A DNA stretch of 64,000 nt from an uncultured bacterium (GTDB taxonomy: Bacteria; Cyanobacteriota; Vampirovibrionia; Gastranaerophilales; Gastranaerophilaceae), in NCBI GenBank assembly GCA_948964545.1, contig CAREDV010000001.1, positions 351,942 through 415,941 on the forward strand, in the 5' to 3' direction. Under the pieces are notes generated by a model. The model ran no database searches, was not told the DNA's origin, and was given only the letters and a program-made list of their open reading frames with translations. The position numbers were made by a program, and so were the translations under genes. This document shows, piece after piece, positions 1 through 9,532 of this stretch (position 1 is the stretch's first letter; every line of letters starts with the position of its first letter).

Positions 1-1
1 T

Positions 2-301
2 ATTGACACTAACGTTCTTGTCGAAAGAATTGTCAACCGCCGTTCCTGCTCTAAATGCGGAGAAATTTATAATCTGGCATTTAAAGCTCCTCAACATGAA
101 GGTATTTGTGATAAATGCGGCGGTGAGTTAACTCAAAGAAAAGATGATACAAGAGAAATTGCCCAATCAAGATTTGATACTTATGAGCATGAAACTGCTC
201 CGTTGATTGATTACTATAAAAATAAAGGCGTTTTAAAATCAATCGATGCAAATGGAACTATTGATGAAGTTTGGGAAAGACTTTTACAGGTAATAAAATG
301 A
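2..301 (+). CDS. adk: Adenylate kinase, 3' part (5' truncated by window)
   Basis: Manual translation from nt 2: RIVNRRSCSKCGEIYN...CDKCGGELTQRKDD...TAPLIDYY (zinc LID domain); TGA 299-301 overlaps the map ATG. Confidence 0.95.
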   Translation: MDTNVLVERIVNRRSCSKCGEIYNLAFKAPQHEGICDKCGGELTQRKDDTREIAQSRFDTYEHETAPLIDYYKNKGVLKSIDANGTIDEVWERLLQVIK

Positions 302-1050
302 TACATAGAAAATCTCGTGATGAAATAAAAAGAATGCGCCATGCAGGGCACATTGTCGCTTTAGTTCACAAAAAAATGAAAGAAGTTATTGAACCAGGTA
401 TAAGCACTAAAGAACTTGACGATATTGCAATGCAGGTTATTAAAGGTGAACGTGCTATTCCGACTTTCTTGGGTTATCATGGTTTTCCAGGGTGTATCTG
501 TGCATCAATAAATGACCAGGTTGTTCACGGGATTCCTCATGAGAATGTTATTGTTAAAGAAGGCGATATAATAAGTGTTGATGTCGGTGCAACTTATGCG
601 GGAATGGTCGGCGACAGTGCATGGACTTATCCTGTCGGAAAGGTTTCAGATGATGTTCAAAGACTTTTAAAAACGACTGAAGAAGCTTTGTTTGCTGGAA
701 TCTCTCAAATGAGAGCAGGTAATGTCCTTGATGATATTTCAGGCGCGGTTGAAGCTGTTGCAGTGCGCGAAAAAATGGGAATTGTACGTCAATACGGCGG
801 GCATGGCGTCGGACATGAAATGCATGAAGATCCTTTCCTCTTTAATTATAGAGTGGGCGACAATACATTAATTAAACAGGGTTATGTCATTGCAATTGAA
901 CCTATGTTAAATTTGGGTTGTGATGAAGTTGTAGTTGCAGATGATGAATGGACTGTAAGTACAAAAGATGGAAAACCTTCTGCGCACTTTGAACATACGG
1001 TTCTTGCAACTGAGGGTGAACCTCTAATTATGACGCAATTAATGGAGTAA
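298..1050 (+). CDS. map: Methionine aminopeptidase type I
   Basis: SINDQVVHGIP, DSAWT, GHGVG..MHEDP, AIEPM, SAHFEHT motifs; ATG 298 (ATGA overlap with adk) preferred over TTG 271. Confidence 0.97.
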   Translation: MIHRKSRDEIKRMRHAGHIVALVHKKMKEVIEPGISTKELDDIAMQVIKGERAIPTFLGYHGFPGCICASINDQVVHGIPHENVIVKEGDIISVDVGATYAGMVGDSAWTYPVGKVSDDVQRLLKTTEEALFAGISQMRAGNVLDDISGAVEAVAVREKMGIVRQYGGHGVGHEMHEDPFLFNYRVGDNTLIKQGYVIAIEPMLNLGCDEVVVADDEWTVSTKDGKPSAHFEHTVLATEGEPLIMTQLME

Positions 1051-1052
1051 AA

Positions 1053-1676
1053 ATGAATTATTATATTGGTTTATCACTATCGGCATCTTCGGGAATGGAC
1101 AGCGGTGTTGCTGTTTTGGACGAGGATAATAACTTAATACTTGTTGATAAGCTTTATACGATGAATGATGTGATGTTTTTCTTTGACAATTATCCGATGT
1201 TGAAGTATTCAAAGATTTGCGTTTCTCTTGTTTGGGATAGAACTATGCTGAACGGCAAGTGGAGAATTCTTGGAAAACCTTATCAGCTTGTTGCAACAAA
1301 TCCTTTGATGCCTAATCGTGAGAGCTGGACACAAAGATATTCTACACGCGGATGTGAATATTTTAAATCTTTAATTGAAAAAGGTATTGAGGTTAACAGG
1401 TTTGAGCTTTATTTAACCCGTCAGAGTATGAATTTGAACTCTTGTTATAAAGAGCGTTCCCCTGCAGATTGCAAGTTTTTACAGCAGACTTTAAGATATG
1501 AATGGGGACTTGATTTGCCTGCTAATATGATGCCGATGTCACAATTAGAAGCAATTGTCGGGGCGTTGCTTGCAAGAGAGAATGCAAAAAATCCTCAAAA
1601 TGTGAAGATTGTTTCAAGTTTTAAGGATTTTAATGTTATTGATGTCGCCAAAAAAACTTATAGTTTTAAAGGATAG
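1053..1676 (+). CDS. Hypothetical protein, DUF429/RNase H-like N-terminus
   Basis: 207 aa ORF directly after map; YIGLSLS...SGVAVLD resembles the RNase H-fold first strands but has S where a catalytic D is usual. Confidence 0.5.
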   Translation: MNYYIGLSLSASSGMDSGVAVLDEDNNLILVDKLYTMNDVMFFFDNYPMLKYSKICVSLVWDRTMLNGKWRILGKPYQLVATNPLMPNRESWTQRYSTRGCEYFKSLIEKGIEVNRFELYLTRQSMNLNSCYKERSPADCKFLQQTLRYEWGLDLPANMMPMSQLEAIVGALLARENAKNPQNVKIVSSFKDFNVIDVAKKTYSFKG

Positions 1677-2376
1677 TCTTTGGGTATTTTCCAACCGTTG
1701 CGTTGAATTATGGCTGTGCAATAATAAGCATATTTTTCGTTGTCTTTTTTGCAGCCAAATTGACCGTCTTTAAGTTGAATTTCTGTTCCGTTCCAATTTG
1801 CGACGTATGGTTCTACTCCCTTGCCTTGATGGTATTTCATTAAACCGGCAATATTGCTTCTGGTAGTTATTGTATTTGGCCAAAATCCGAATGAGAAATG
1901 TTTAGTTCCGTAAAACAATGTGAAATCTTGATATCCGCAATCTTTTGCATTAATACAATAAATAAAATGTCCTCCTACTTTGGAATCGTCCAATAAGTAT
2001 AAGTCATAAATTGCTTTGCTTCCGTCGGGAAACTCAAGATGCCCTCTTGGGACGCGCCAATTAACAAATTTATATTTAACTCCGGGTAAATATTTTTCCA
2101 GATATGTGTGATAAAAATCATCTATATCTGTAACTTCCCAATACATTTTGTCGCCATTATCTATTTCAGACATTCTGATTGCCTGATTAATTGTAGAATA
2201 AAACTTTTTTAATTTAGTTTCTACAATATGTTTTTTATGATTTTGAATAATTGTCGGTATTGTTAATGCTGCAACAACTCCGATAATCCCTAAAGTGACT
2301 AAGACTTCAGCAAGTGTAAAGGCTACGCGTTCGGCTCGGGGGGGGGGCATTTCTGAGTATTAATAAGATTTTTCAT
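1658..2376 (-). CDS. Type IV pilin-like protein (prepilin N-methylation domain), out of frame at a C10 tract
   Basis: GGAG RBS and ATG 2376 give MKNLINTQKCPPPEPNA*; one extra C joins to RAERVA|FTLAEVLVTLGIIGVVAALTIP; C-terminal Cys pair. Confidence 0.85.
2336..2351 (+). repeat. TC-G10-CATT homopolymer tract (G 2338-2347)
   Basis: Read directly from sequence. Confidence 0.95.
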
Positions 2377-2433
2377 AATTTTTACTCCTATTATTGTACT
2401 CATTTATTATACATATTTATATGTTTTTTGCAA

Positions 2434-2967
2434 TTAATCTCTGCTTGTCATTAAGCCGAGTGCAAGTCCGATACCTGCGCCGATACCTGCGCCCCATTTA
2501 AATTTATTTTGTCTGACGCCTTTGTATGCTTTTGCACAAATGTTGTCCATTAATGCTGCATTTTTCTTGTAGCTTGCAAAATTTCGGCTGAAATTTTGTT
2601 TTAATGCTTTTACCGCAGCCGGATCTGAAACGGAGGTGTCTAATGCTGTACATTTATTTGTAATTGCGCTGACGTTTTCAGATACTCCCATGTCTTGCAA
2701 AATCATTTTGCTTTCTGTTGAAACTTTTCCGTTCGCAACTTCTTCAGCTATAGATTTGAGGGTGGCAATTTGTTCATCAGCTTCTTTTTTGGTTAAATCA
2801 AATGCTCTGTTTACAAATGAATCTTTAGTAACAGGAATATAATAAGCGTTCATACCAATCATTGCACCTGCTAATGTTGCTCCGACTTTTCTTTTTCGTG
2901 AACCTGACGGGCTTACTGTACTATATGGAATTGGCATTTGACCAACTTGAGCATCGTAATTTACCAT
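2434..2967 (-). CDS. Hypothetical membrane protein with glycine-zipper helices
   Basis: GATLAGAMIG and GAGIGAGIGLALGL segments; AGAGG RBS. Confidence 0.7.
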   Translation of the reverse strand: MVNYDAQVGQMPIPYSTVSPSGSRKRKVGATLAGAMIGMNAYYIPVTKDSFVNRAFDLTKKEADEQIATLKSIAEEVANGKVSTESKMILQDMGVSENVSAITNKCTALDTSVSDPAAVKALKQNFSRNFASYKKNAALMDNICAKAYKGVRQNKFKWGAGIGAGIGLALGLMTSRD

Positions 2968-2991
2968 TTTTACCTCTTTTTTTTAGAGGCT

Positions 2992-3615
2992 TTAAAATTC
3001 CTGAAAAAATTTTTTTGCTATTTTGTTTAAAACTTCTTTATGAATTTCTTCGATTGATTTTGAAGCATCGATTACTTTAATTCTTTCAGGCTCATATTTT
3101 GCAATTTCTAAATAGCCTTGTCTTACGCGGTTATGAAATTCAAGCCCTGCACTTTCCATGCGGTCTTTTTCTTTACCAACACGTTTCATTGAAGTTTCCG
3201 TATCGATATCAAATACGAATGTCAAATCGGGTTTTCTGCCGTTTGTAGCAATATCGTTAAGTTTGTTTATACGTTCTATATCCAGCCCTCTGCCATAACC
3301 CTGATATGCAACTGTAGAGTCAGTGTGTCTGTCGCAAAGAACTATTTTTCCTGCATCAACTGCAGGATTTACGATAATATCAATATTTTGTGCACGGTCA
3401 GCAAGAAATAAAAAGGACTCGCAGCGGTCTGAAACTTCACCATCATAGTTCAAGAGAATTTCTCTAACCTTTTCACCTAAACCTTTTCCGCCAGGTTCAC
3501 GAGTTAATACAACTTCATGCCCCTGATTTTGTAAATATTCGGCAAGCAGTTTCATCTGCGTGGTTTTTCCGCAGCCGTCTGCTCCCTCAAATGTTATAAA
3601 TAAACCTTTTCCCAT
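2992..3615 (-). CDS. tmk: Thymidylate kinase
   Basis: FITFEGADGCGKTTQ P-loop, TREPGG, CDRH, AYQGYGRG. Confidence 0.97.
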   Translation of the reverse strand: MGKGLFITFEGADGCGKTTQMKLLAEYLQNQGHEVVLTREPGGKGLGEKVREILLNYDGEVSDRCESFLFLADRAQNIDIIVNPAVDAGKIVLCDRHTDSTVAYQGYGRGLDIERINKLNDIATNGRKPDLTFVFDIDTETSMKRVGKEKDRMESAGLEFHNRVRQGYLEIAKYEPERIKVIDASKSIEEIHKEVLNKIAKKFFQEF

Positions 3616-3686
3616 AATGTCATTATACCAAAAAAATTGAATTTTAGTTGTTATTATGTTAAAATTACCGTAAAAGGAGAGCCTGT

Positions 3687-4898
3687 ATGGATAAAATTTT
3701 TACTAAACTGAAAAATAATACTGATTTTGCATATAAAAGAAACCCGAATACCCCTAGATGTGCGATGTATTTTAATTTGTCGTTTCCTGAAACTAAGGTT
3801 TCAGCCGGTGTATATTCTTTAATGACAAGACTTTTTATGCAGGGTACTAAAAAATATACGGCTCAGCAATTGTCTGAAGAATTAGACAAATACGCAATTG
3901 AATTTGTAGCTGAATTGAAACTGGATTATGTCAAATTTAAGTTTGTATGTTTAAATGAGGATTTTGAAAAGGCTCTTGAAATTTTTACAGATATTATCAA
4001 AAATACAACTTTTGAAGAATTTGACAAAGAAAAAGCAAAGCTTGAGGGTGAAATTATAGCAGAACTTGACTCTCCACGTGCGAAAGTTATTGACAGCTAT
4101 TATAAAAATATTTATGAAGGGCATAGGTACGGAGTTACAAACACAGTAATTTTAGAAAATCTTAAAAATGTCACAAAAGATGATGTAATTAATGCTTATC
4201 AAAATATTCTTCAAAATAGTAAAAAAGTCCTTGTATTTGTTGGGGATATTGAATATGACAGAGTAAAATCATTGTCAGAAAATAGTCTTGGAGATATAAA
4301 TCCATCTTGTGAACTTTCAGTTCAGGCTAAACCTGTGTTAACACAGTCAAAGGATGTTAAAATTATTCAGGAAAATCTTAATCAGGCGCATATTTTAAAA
4401 GGCTGGCTTGTTGAATCTGTTAATAGCGATGATTATCCAGCACTTTCACTTTTAAATGTAATTTTAGGAGCAAGCGGGCTTTCTTCAAGGCTGTTTTTGG
4501 AATTGCGTGATAAAAAGGGGCTTGCTTATGTTGTAAGAAGTTCATATGATATGGCAAGGTTAGCCGCAAACTTTTCTATTTATATTGCAACTGAACCTAA
4601 AAATATTGAGGTTTCTTTGAACGGTTTTGCAGAGGAGATTGAAAAAATTAAAACAATTCCTGTAAGCGAAGAAGAACTTGAAAATGCTAAAAATAATCTT
4701 TTCGGCAAATGGGCATTTTTAAGCGAAACAAATTCTCAACAGGCAAACTGGCTTGCTCATTATGCAATTCAGGGATTTGGTTTTGATTTTAGAGAAAAAG
4801 CTTGTGAAAGAATTAAAAAAGTTACAGTTCAGGATATTCAGGATTGCGCAAACAAATATTTTAATGACAAATTTGTTTTGTCTGTCTTGAAACCCTAG
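3687..4898 (+). CDS. M16 family peptidase, non-catalytic-type subunit
   Basis: QGTKKYTAQQLSEELD, SSRLFLELRDKKGLAY; no HxxEH. Confidence 0.85.
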   Translation: MDKIFTKLKNNTDFAYKRNPNTPRCAMYFNLSFPETKVSAGVYSLMTRLFMQGTKKYTAQQLSEELDKYAIEFVAELKLDYVKFKFVCLNEDFEKALEIFTDIIKNTTFEEFDKEKAKLEGEIIAELDSPRAKVIDSYYKNIYEGHRYGVTNTVILENLKNVTKDDVINAYQNILQNSKKVLVFVGDIEYDRVKSLSENSLGDINPSCELSVQAKPVLTQSKDVKIIQENLNQAHILKGWLVESVNSDDYPALSLLNVILGASGLSSRLFLELRDKKGLAYVVRSSYDMARLAANFSIYIATEPKNIEVSLNGFAEEIEKIKTIPVSEEELENAKNNLFGKWAFLSETNSQQANWLAHYAIQGFGFDFREKACERIKKVTVQDIQDCANKYFNDKFVLSVLKP

Positions 4899-4953
4899 TC
4901 GGGTAATGCAGGCGCATCTTAAAATATTGCATAATATTTTGGGAGCGTGTATT

Positions 4954-5466
4954 GTGAAAAACCTGTACGTAATAATTTTGATTTTAATAACAATTTTTTG
5001 TTCGGGATTTGATATCACAATCTCTTATCAGCCGACAGTTGAAAAATTAGAGAGCATTTTTAAATCAGTTATGCCTTTAAAATGTGGTATTGTATACACA
5101 AAAGTTCCACGCGGGCTTATTATAAGTATTGATGAAAAGTGTTTTTTTAACAAAGGTGAAGTAAGGATTAAGGAAAGTTCGCTTGATATACTGGATGCGA
5201 TATCTGGACAGCTTGCACAGCTTTCAAATTATTGTGTTATAGAAAACCACACTGAAGAACATGATTTTAATGAAAATTGGGAACTTTCAGTATCACGCGC
5301 CTCGAATCTTGCGGAATATATGATTAAGTACAAAAAACTTCCAGTAGAAAAAGTTTTTTCACTGGGCTATGGGGAAACTATGCCGTTTAAGGATAACGTT
5401 GCTCCGCAAAATGGAATGGATAGCAGAATTGATTTTGTAATTATTGAATATGAAGCTAAGCGATAA
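4954..5466 (+). CDS. OmpA/MotB C-terminal domain protein
   Basis: N-terminal hydrophobic helix; RGLIISI, NWELSVSRA, GYGETMP, RIDFVI; GTG 4954 after GGGAG is the likely start. Confidence 0.8.
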   Translation: MKNLYVIILILITIFCSGFDITISYQPTVEKLESIFKSVMPLKCGIVYTKVPRGLIISIDEKCFFNKGEVRIKESSLDILDAISGQLAQLSNYCVIENHTEEHDFNENWELSVSRASNLAEYMIKYKKLPVEKVFSLGYGETMPFKDNVAPQNGMDSRIDFVIIEYEAKR

Positions 5467-6283
5467 TGCTCTGGCGAAGTCTAGTTGATCTATTTTCGCT
5501 TAATATATTTTTTAGTTTCATAATACCTTGAGCATGAAGCTGGCAAATTCTTGATTCTGACATATTGATAGTTTCGCCGATTTCTTTAAGTGTCATGTTT
5601 TCCTGATAGTAAAGAACCATTATAATTCTTTCACGTTCAGGCAATCTCAACAATGCTTTTTCCAATTCCTGCTTAACGTTTTTTTCTTCAGCTTGTTCTT
5701 GAGGATTAAGTTTATTTGTATCTTCAATTGTGTCGATAATTTCAACACTATCCTCACTTGAACCTTTTTTATCATAGATTGAAGTCATGGTTGAATCTTC
5801 AGAAAGCAGTTGAATAACTTTTTCGGAATCCATGTCTATAAATTCTGCAACTTCCTGTGTTGTCGGCATTCTGCCTAATTCTTGTTTTAAATGTTCTTGA
5901 GCCGCTTTAATATCTTTAATTTTCTTTCTTACACTTCTCGGTAGAAAATCTTGTGCTCTGATTCTATCTAAGATTGCACCTCTGATTCTGATAAGCGCAT
6001 AGGTTTCAAAGCGCGTATTTTTCTGAGGTGAATATCTTTCTATTGCATTGATTAGTCCTTCAACGCCATAACCTGCAATATCTTCAATAGAAATAGTCGC
6101 GGGCAGAGTAACTTTAACACGTCCAACAACGTATCTGATAAGGTAAATGTATTGAACAATTAACATGTCACGGGCAGACTTATTTGTCCTGTCGTGGAGA
6201 TAGCTTCCCCACAACTCGGTAAGTTCTTCTTCCGACATTCTTTTGATGTTATTATATGATGTAAAATCAAAACTTTGACTCAT
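5456..6283 (-). CDS. fliA: RNA polymerase sigma factor, FliA/WhiG (sigma-28) family
   Basis: FETYALIRIRGAILDRIRAQDFLPRS, LYYQENMTLKEIG, SESRICQLH. Confidence 0.9.
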   Translation of the reverse strand: MSQSFDFTSYNNIKRMSEEELTELWGSYLHDRTNKSARDMLIVQYIYLIRYVVGRVKVTLPATISIEDIAGYGVEGLINAIERYSPQKNTRFETYALIRIRGAILDRIRAQDFLPRSVRKKIKDIKAAQEHLKQELGRMPTTQEVAEFIDMDSEKVIQLLSEDSTMTSIYDKKGSSEDSVEIIDTIEDTNKLNPQEQAEEKNVKQELEKALLRLPERERIIMVLYYQENMTLKEIGETINMSESRICQLHAQGIMKLKNILSENRSTRLRQSIIA

Positions 6284-6384
6284 AAACTTCCCAAATATTG
6301 TTCTTACATATCTATTCTATACAATATAGGTTTTACTGCATCATTTAAAAAGAGGAATTGTCTCCAAAATACTAAAGTGTATAG

Positions 6385-6500
6385 CGTAGCAGGTTCAGTC
6401 GGCTGTGCCTTCGCATTAAACGGTACCGCTCGCAACAACAACGAAAACTCAACGTTTCCGTTGATTGGTTCGACTTTCGCTCATACCTCTGCTCAGGCAC
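6385..6500 (-). other. GC-rich structured intergenic element upstream of fliA
   Basis: Minus strand: GTGCCT/AGGCAC closing stem, CGAAAG/TTTTCG, TCAACG-GAAA-CGTTGA hairpin. Confidence 0.45.
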
Positions 6501-6580
6501 AAAAAAAACGGGCTTTACAGCCCGCTATTTCATTTTCTGAAACAAAAAGGATTTACATTAAAACTTTCCTCAAATCTCCC

Positions 6581-7114
6581 CTAATACTCAATACCCTGTC
6601 TTGCCATGACACCCATATCGAAGTAGTGTTTAATAGGTTTCATCTCTGTAACAAGATGAGCCATAGCTTTTAATTCAGGGTGAGCATAACGTCCAGTAAG
6701 AACGATTTCAAGATTGTCTGGTTTGTTAAGTAAAGCTTCCTTAACATCAGAAACCTTAATCATGTTCATAGCCGTACAGATGTTAATTTCATCCAAAATA
6801 ATTAATTGGTATTCTCCTGATTTTATTGCGTTTTTCGCAAATTCCCAACCCTTTTTAGCTTCTTTAAAATCTTCCATGCAAACATTGTGTGAATAGCATA
6901 CTCTATCCATACCAAACTGAACTACATCAAGGTTTGGCAAAAATTTAGAAGATGCTGCAAGTTCACCGTAAGAAGTAGCGCTGTCTCCCTTTGTAAATTG
7001 GATAATAAGAACTTTCCAGCCATGTCCTAAAGCTCTGAGAGCTAAACCCAACGAAGCCGTAGTTTTACCTTTTCCATCACCTGTGTAAATTTGAATATAA
7101 CCATGTTCTAACAC
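6581..7114 (-). CDS. cobO: Cob(I)yrinic acid a,c-diamide adenosyltransferase (CobO/BtuR), copy 1
   Basis: QIYTGDGKGKTTASLGLALRA, IILDEIN, EIVLTGR, ARQGIEY. Confidence 0.92.
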   Translation of the reverse strand: MLEHGYIQIYTGDGKGKTTASLGLALRALGHGWKVLIIQFTKGDSATSYGELAASSKFLPNLDVVQFGMDRVCYSHNVCMEDFKEAKKGWEFAKNAIKSGEYQLIILDEINICTAMNMIKVSDVKEALLNKPDNLEIVLTGRYAHPELKAMAHLVTEMKPIKHYFDMGVMARQGIEY

Positions 7115-7546
7115 TACTAACTACCTCCAAAAAAGTTCCTCTATCCTCATTCTAACGTATTGACCAAAGGGTTTAATCGTTCTAAGGGTGGATAAATATC
7201 TAGAGCGAAAGATTTATTCGCGTTCCAAGATTTGTATATTAATAATAGGATAAAACAAAAAAAAATAAATAATTTTCTAACATTCCATGCCAATCTTTTT
7301 ACAATTAATTTTTATACAAAAGTAAAGAATGACAGTTGGTTTGCTTTTAGGATAAGAAATTGTTTTTTTGAAAAATTTACATAATTTTTGTAAACTAATT
7401 GTTAAAAATGCTTGCATAGTTTGGAAGTAGTCTTATATTGGCGATTTCCCCTCTTTTTTAATTGTGAATATTGTTAATAAATTGGGCATAATATAATTAC
7501 CCTCCCTAATTATATATTAACAATTGTAACAGATTTTAAAACATGT

Positions 7547-7577
7547 GAAATCAGCTGTTTTTCAAAGCGTTTACATG
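7547..7577 (+). promoter_or_regulatory. GAAA-N19-TTTACATG putative alternative-sigma promoter
   Basis: Same spacing as seven other copies in the window. Confidence 0.5.
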
Positions 7578-7584
7578 TTTAAGA

Positions 7585-7685
7585 GCGGATTTTCGGACGG
7601 ACTGTAGTCCGGATAGCGAACCAAATGAGCCGGTAAAGCCAAAGGCTATAAGGCGAAAGCAGGTGAGCGTGAAGGAAATCCAAGA
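7585..7685 (+). other. Structured GC-rich 5' leader
   Basis: GGATTTTC/GGAAATCC outer stem, CGGAC-TGTA-GTCCG and GCC-AAA-GGC hairpins. Confidence 0.45.
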
Positions 7686-7709
7686 AGAGTAAAAACGAGA
7701 GAGTATATT

Positions 7710-9401
7710 ATGTCAGCCGGAAAGTTCGGATTGCAAAAACTGAATATACCGCAAGTAAAAGCTTCACCAAAAGCAGCGATAGCGGCTAATCTTGGTTCTG
7801 CTAGTCGCAGTACTGGTGTTTCTTACGGAATTTTTGCTCAACGTACTTTGACGGGTTGCGGTATTCATTTAAACAACAGATTGTTTAACAGTGCATCAAT
7901 CAGTGCTACTCGTCATGCATTGAATGATAACAGAACTGCATTATTTAACAATATTGGAGTTGCTCCTCACAGATGCAACCATAATAACGGCAATAATACT
8001 ATGAATAAGTTCATGGCTGGTATGATGGCAATGAATATGATGGCACAATTAACAGCTCAGACAATGCAAACAATCAATGAAGCTAAAGCTGCTAAAGCTG
8101 GTGCGCCAGATAAAAAACCAGAAGTTAAAGGTAATGTAGTTGATAACAATTCAGAAGTAACTTCTTTAAGTATTGGAGATCAAATTAAAGGTGCTAATTC
8201 ATTTGCATCTATTAATATGGTTGAAGAAAATATAAAAACTTCATTAAATGAATTTAATAATAGCTATAAAACAACAGCAGATGACAATATAGCTACAATG
8301 AAATCAACTTTGGCAGGATTTGCCGATATTTTAGGTGCGGATGGTGCAAACGTTAATTTGAATTTTGATAATCTTGCTGTAACAGATTTGAATATTTCAG
8401 GTGAAAGCGATTTAGCAACACTTGGAAATGCATTGAAAACAATTGATGCTGATATTAAAAAAGTTGATGATTTTATGAAAGATGGTGGTGCTCTTTCTAC
8501 CGCGTTGTCTAAATTAGATAGCTATATTAATGAAACATTGACGTCTTCTATAAGTCAATTAGCAGCTAAAGAAAGTGCAGGTACTATAACTCCTGAAGAA
8601 CAGACAACATTAGCTAATTTGCGCCAGAAAAAAACTCAAGCTCAACAAGCGAGACAACAACTTGATACTACAGTGAGAAATCAATTAAAGGCTTTAAAAA
8701 CAGAATTAGAAGGCAAAAAGTCTGAACTTGAAAAAACTAAAAACGAAAAAGCTGATACTATGGATAAAAAATATAATATTGCTAAAAAGTTACAAAGCGA
8801 TATAACAAAAACTCAAAAGGATATTAGAAATAAAAAAGCAGAAATAGATAGGGCATCAGGTAATAAAGCTCAGAAATTAATAGGAGAGCTTGAAAATTTA
8901 ATAACTAAATTGTCAGGCTATCAAGCTGATTGTGCAACTCTTCCGGAAGGAACACAAACTATAGCGAATAGCAAAGGCGAATCTGTTGCCAGACCGACTG
9001 TTGATGCACAATATTTGGAAAATCCATATAAGAATGGTGCTGCTCCACAAAATGATGGTCTTGGAGATGTTGCTATTAGAGGAAATTCATCTCAAAATGT
9101 AATTGATCCAAATTCGTATGATAATGTTTCGAAAGCAATTCAAAATTGTCAAGCTGGTCAGTCAATTACTATAGGTAATGCAACATATTTAAAACCATCT
9201 TCTGAAGATAGTTTTATTTCACGTGAAACAGGACGTAGTTTTACTGCGTTTCAACTGATGAATATATATAGACAAGATGCCAACAATCCGTTGAACAATA
9301 TTATAGGTAATATACCTGTTGCTCCATCAGGTTCAGGTAACTCAAACTTAAATTTAGGTTTCGATTTTAATAATTCCTTAGGTATTAGACCTGAAATTTA
9401 A
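7710..9401 (+). CDS. Hypothetical coiled-coil protein (lineage-specific, possibly secreted)
   Basis: 563 aa; low-complexity N-terminus, Met-rich hydrophobic segment, long heptad region. Confidence 0.75.
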   Translation: MSAGKFGLQKLNIPQVKASPKAAIAANLGSASRSTGVSYGIFAQRTLTGCGIHLNNRLFNSASISATRHALNDNRTALFNNIGVAPHRCNHNNGNNTMNKFMAGMMAMNMMAQLTAQTMQTINEAKAAKAGAPDKKPEVKGNVVDNNSEVTSLSIGDQIKGANSFASINMVEENIKTSLNEFNNSYKTTADDNIATMKSTLAGFADILGADGANVNLNFDNLAVTDLNISGESDLATLGNALKTIDADIKKVDDFMKDGGALSTALSKLDSYINETLTSSISQLAAKESAGTITPEEQTTLANLRQKKTQAQQARQQLDTTVRNQLKALKTELEGKKSELEKTKNEKADTMDKKYNIAKKLQSDITKTQKDIRNKKAEIDRASGNKAQKLIGELENLITKLSGYQADCATLPEGTQTIANSKGESVARPTVDAQYLENPYKNGAAPQNDGLGDVAIRGNSSQNVIDPNSYDNVSKAIQNCQAGQSITIGNATYLKPSSEDSFISRETGRSFTAFQLMNIYRQDANNPLNNIIGNIPVAPSGSGNSNLNLGFDFNNSLGIRPEI

Positions 9402-9481
9402 ACTTAATACATTTTTACAATAGCCTTTACATTTCGGAGTGAGTACGATATAATTTACACATAGGCAGTATTGCCACAGAC

Positions 9482-9512
9482 AAAAAGAACGGGTATCCTC
9501 GTTCTTTTTTTA
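9482..9512 (+). promoter_or_regulatory. rimP leader hairpin with U-tract
   Basis: AAGAACGGG-TAT-CCTCGTTCTT-TTTT just upstream of the rimP start. Confidence 0.4.
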
Positions 9513-9532
9513 CTTATATGAGAGGTAAAGGC

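Noticed and set aside
6275..6673. 132-aa + strand ORF and similar shadow ORFs (e.g. 21580, 24384, 58942, 60720)
   Set aside because: They overlap real genes or GC-rich repeat elements, with no RBS or recognisable motifs.
7115..7240. Cobalamin riboswitch upstream of cobO
   Set aside because: No B12-box or other core motifs recognisable.
7462..7480. Rex operator (TTGTGAA...)
   Set aside because: Only one half-site matches; the right arm is too degenerate.
7710..7727. MSAGKF N-terminus shared with the YtxH gene at 61558
   Set aside because: Six-residue match with no further similarity; probably chance.
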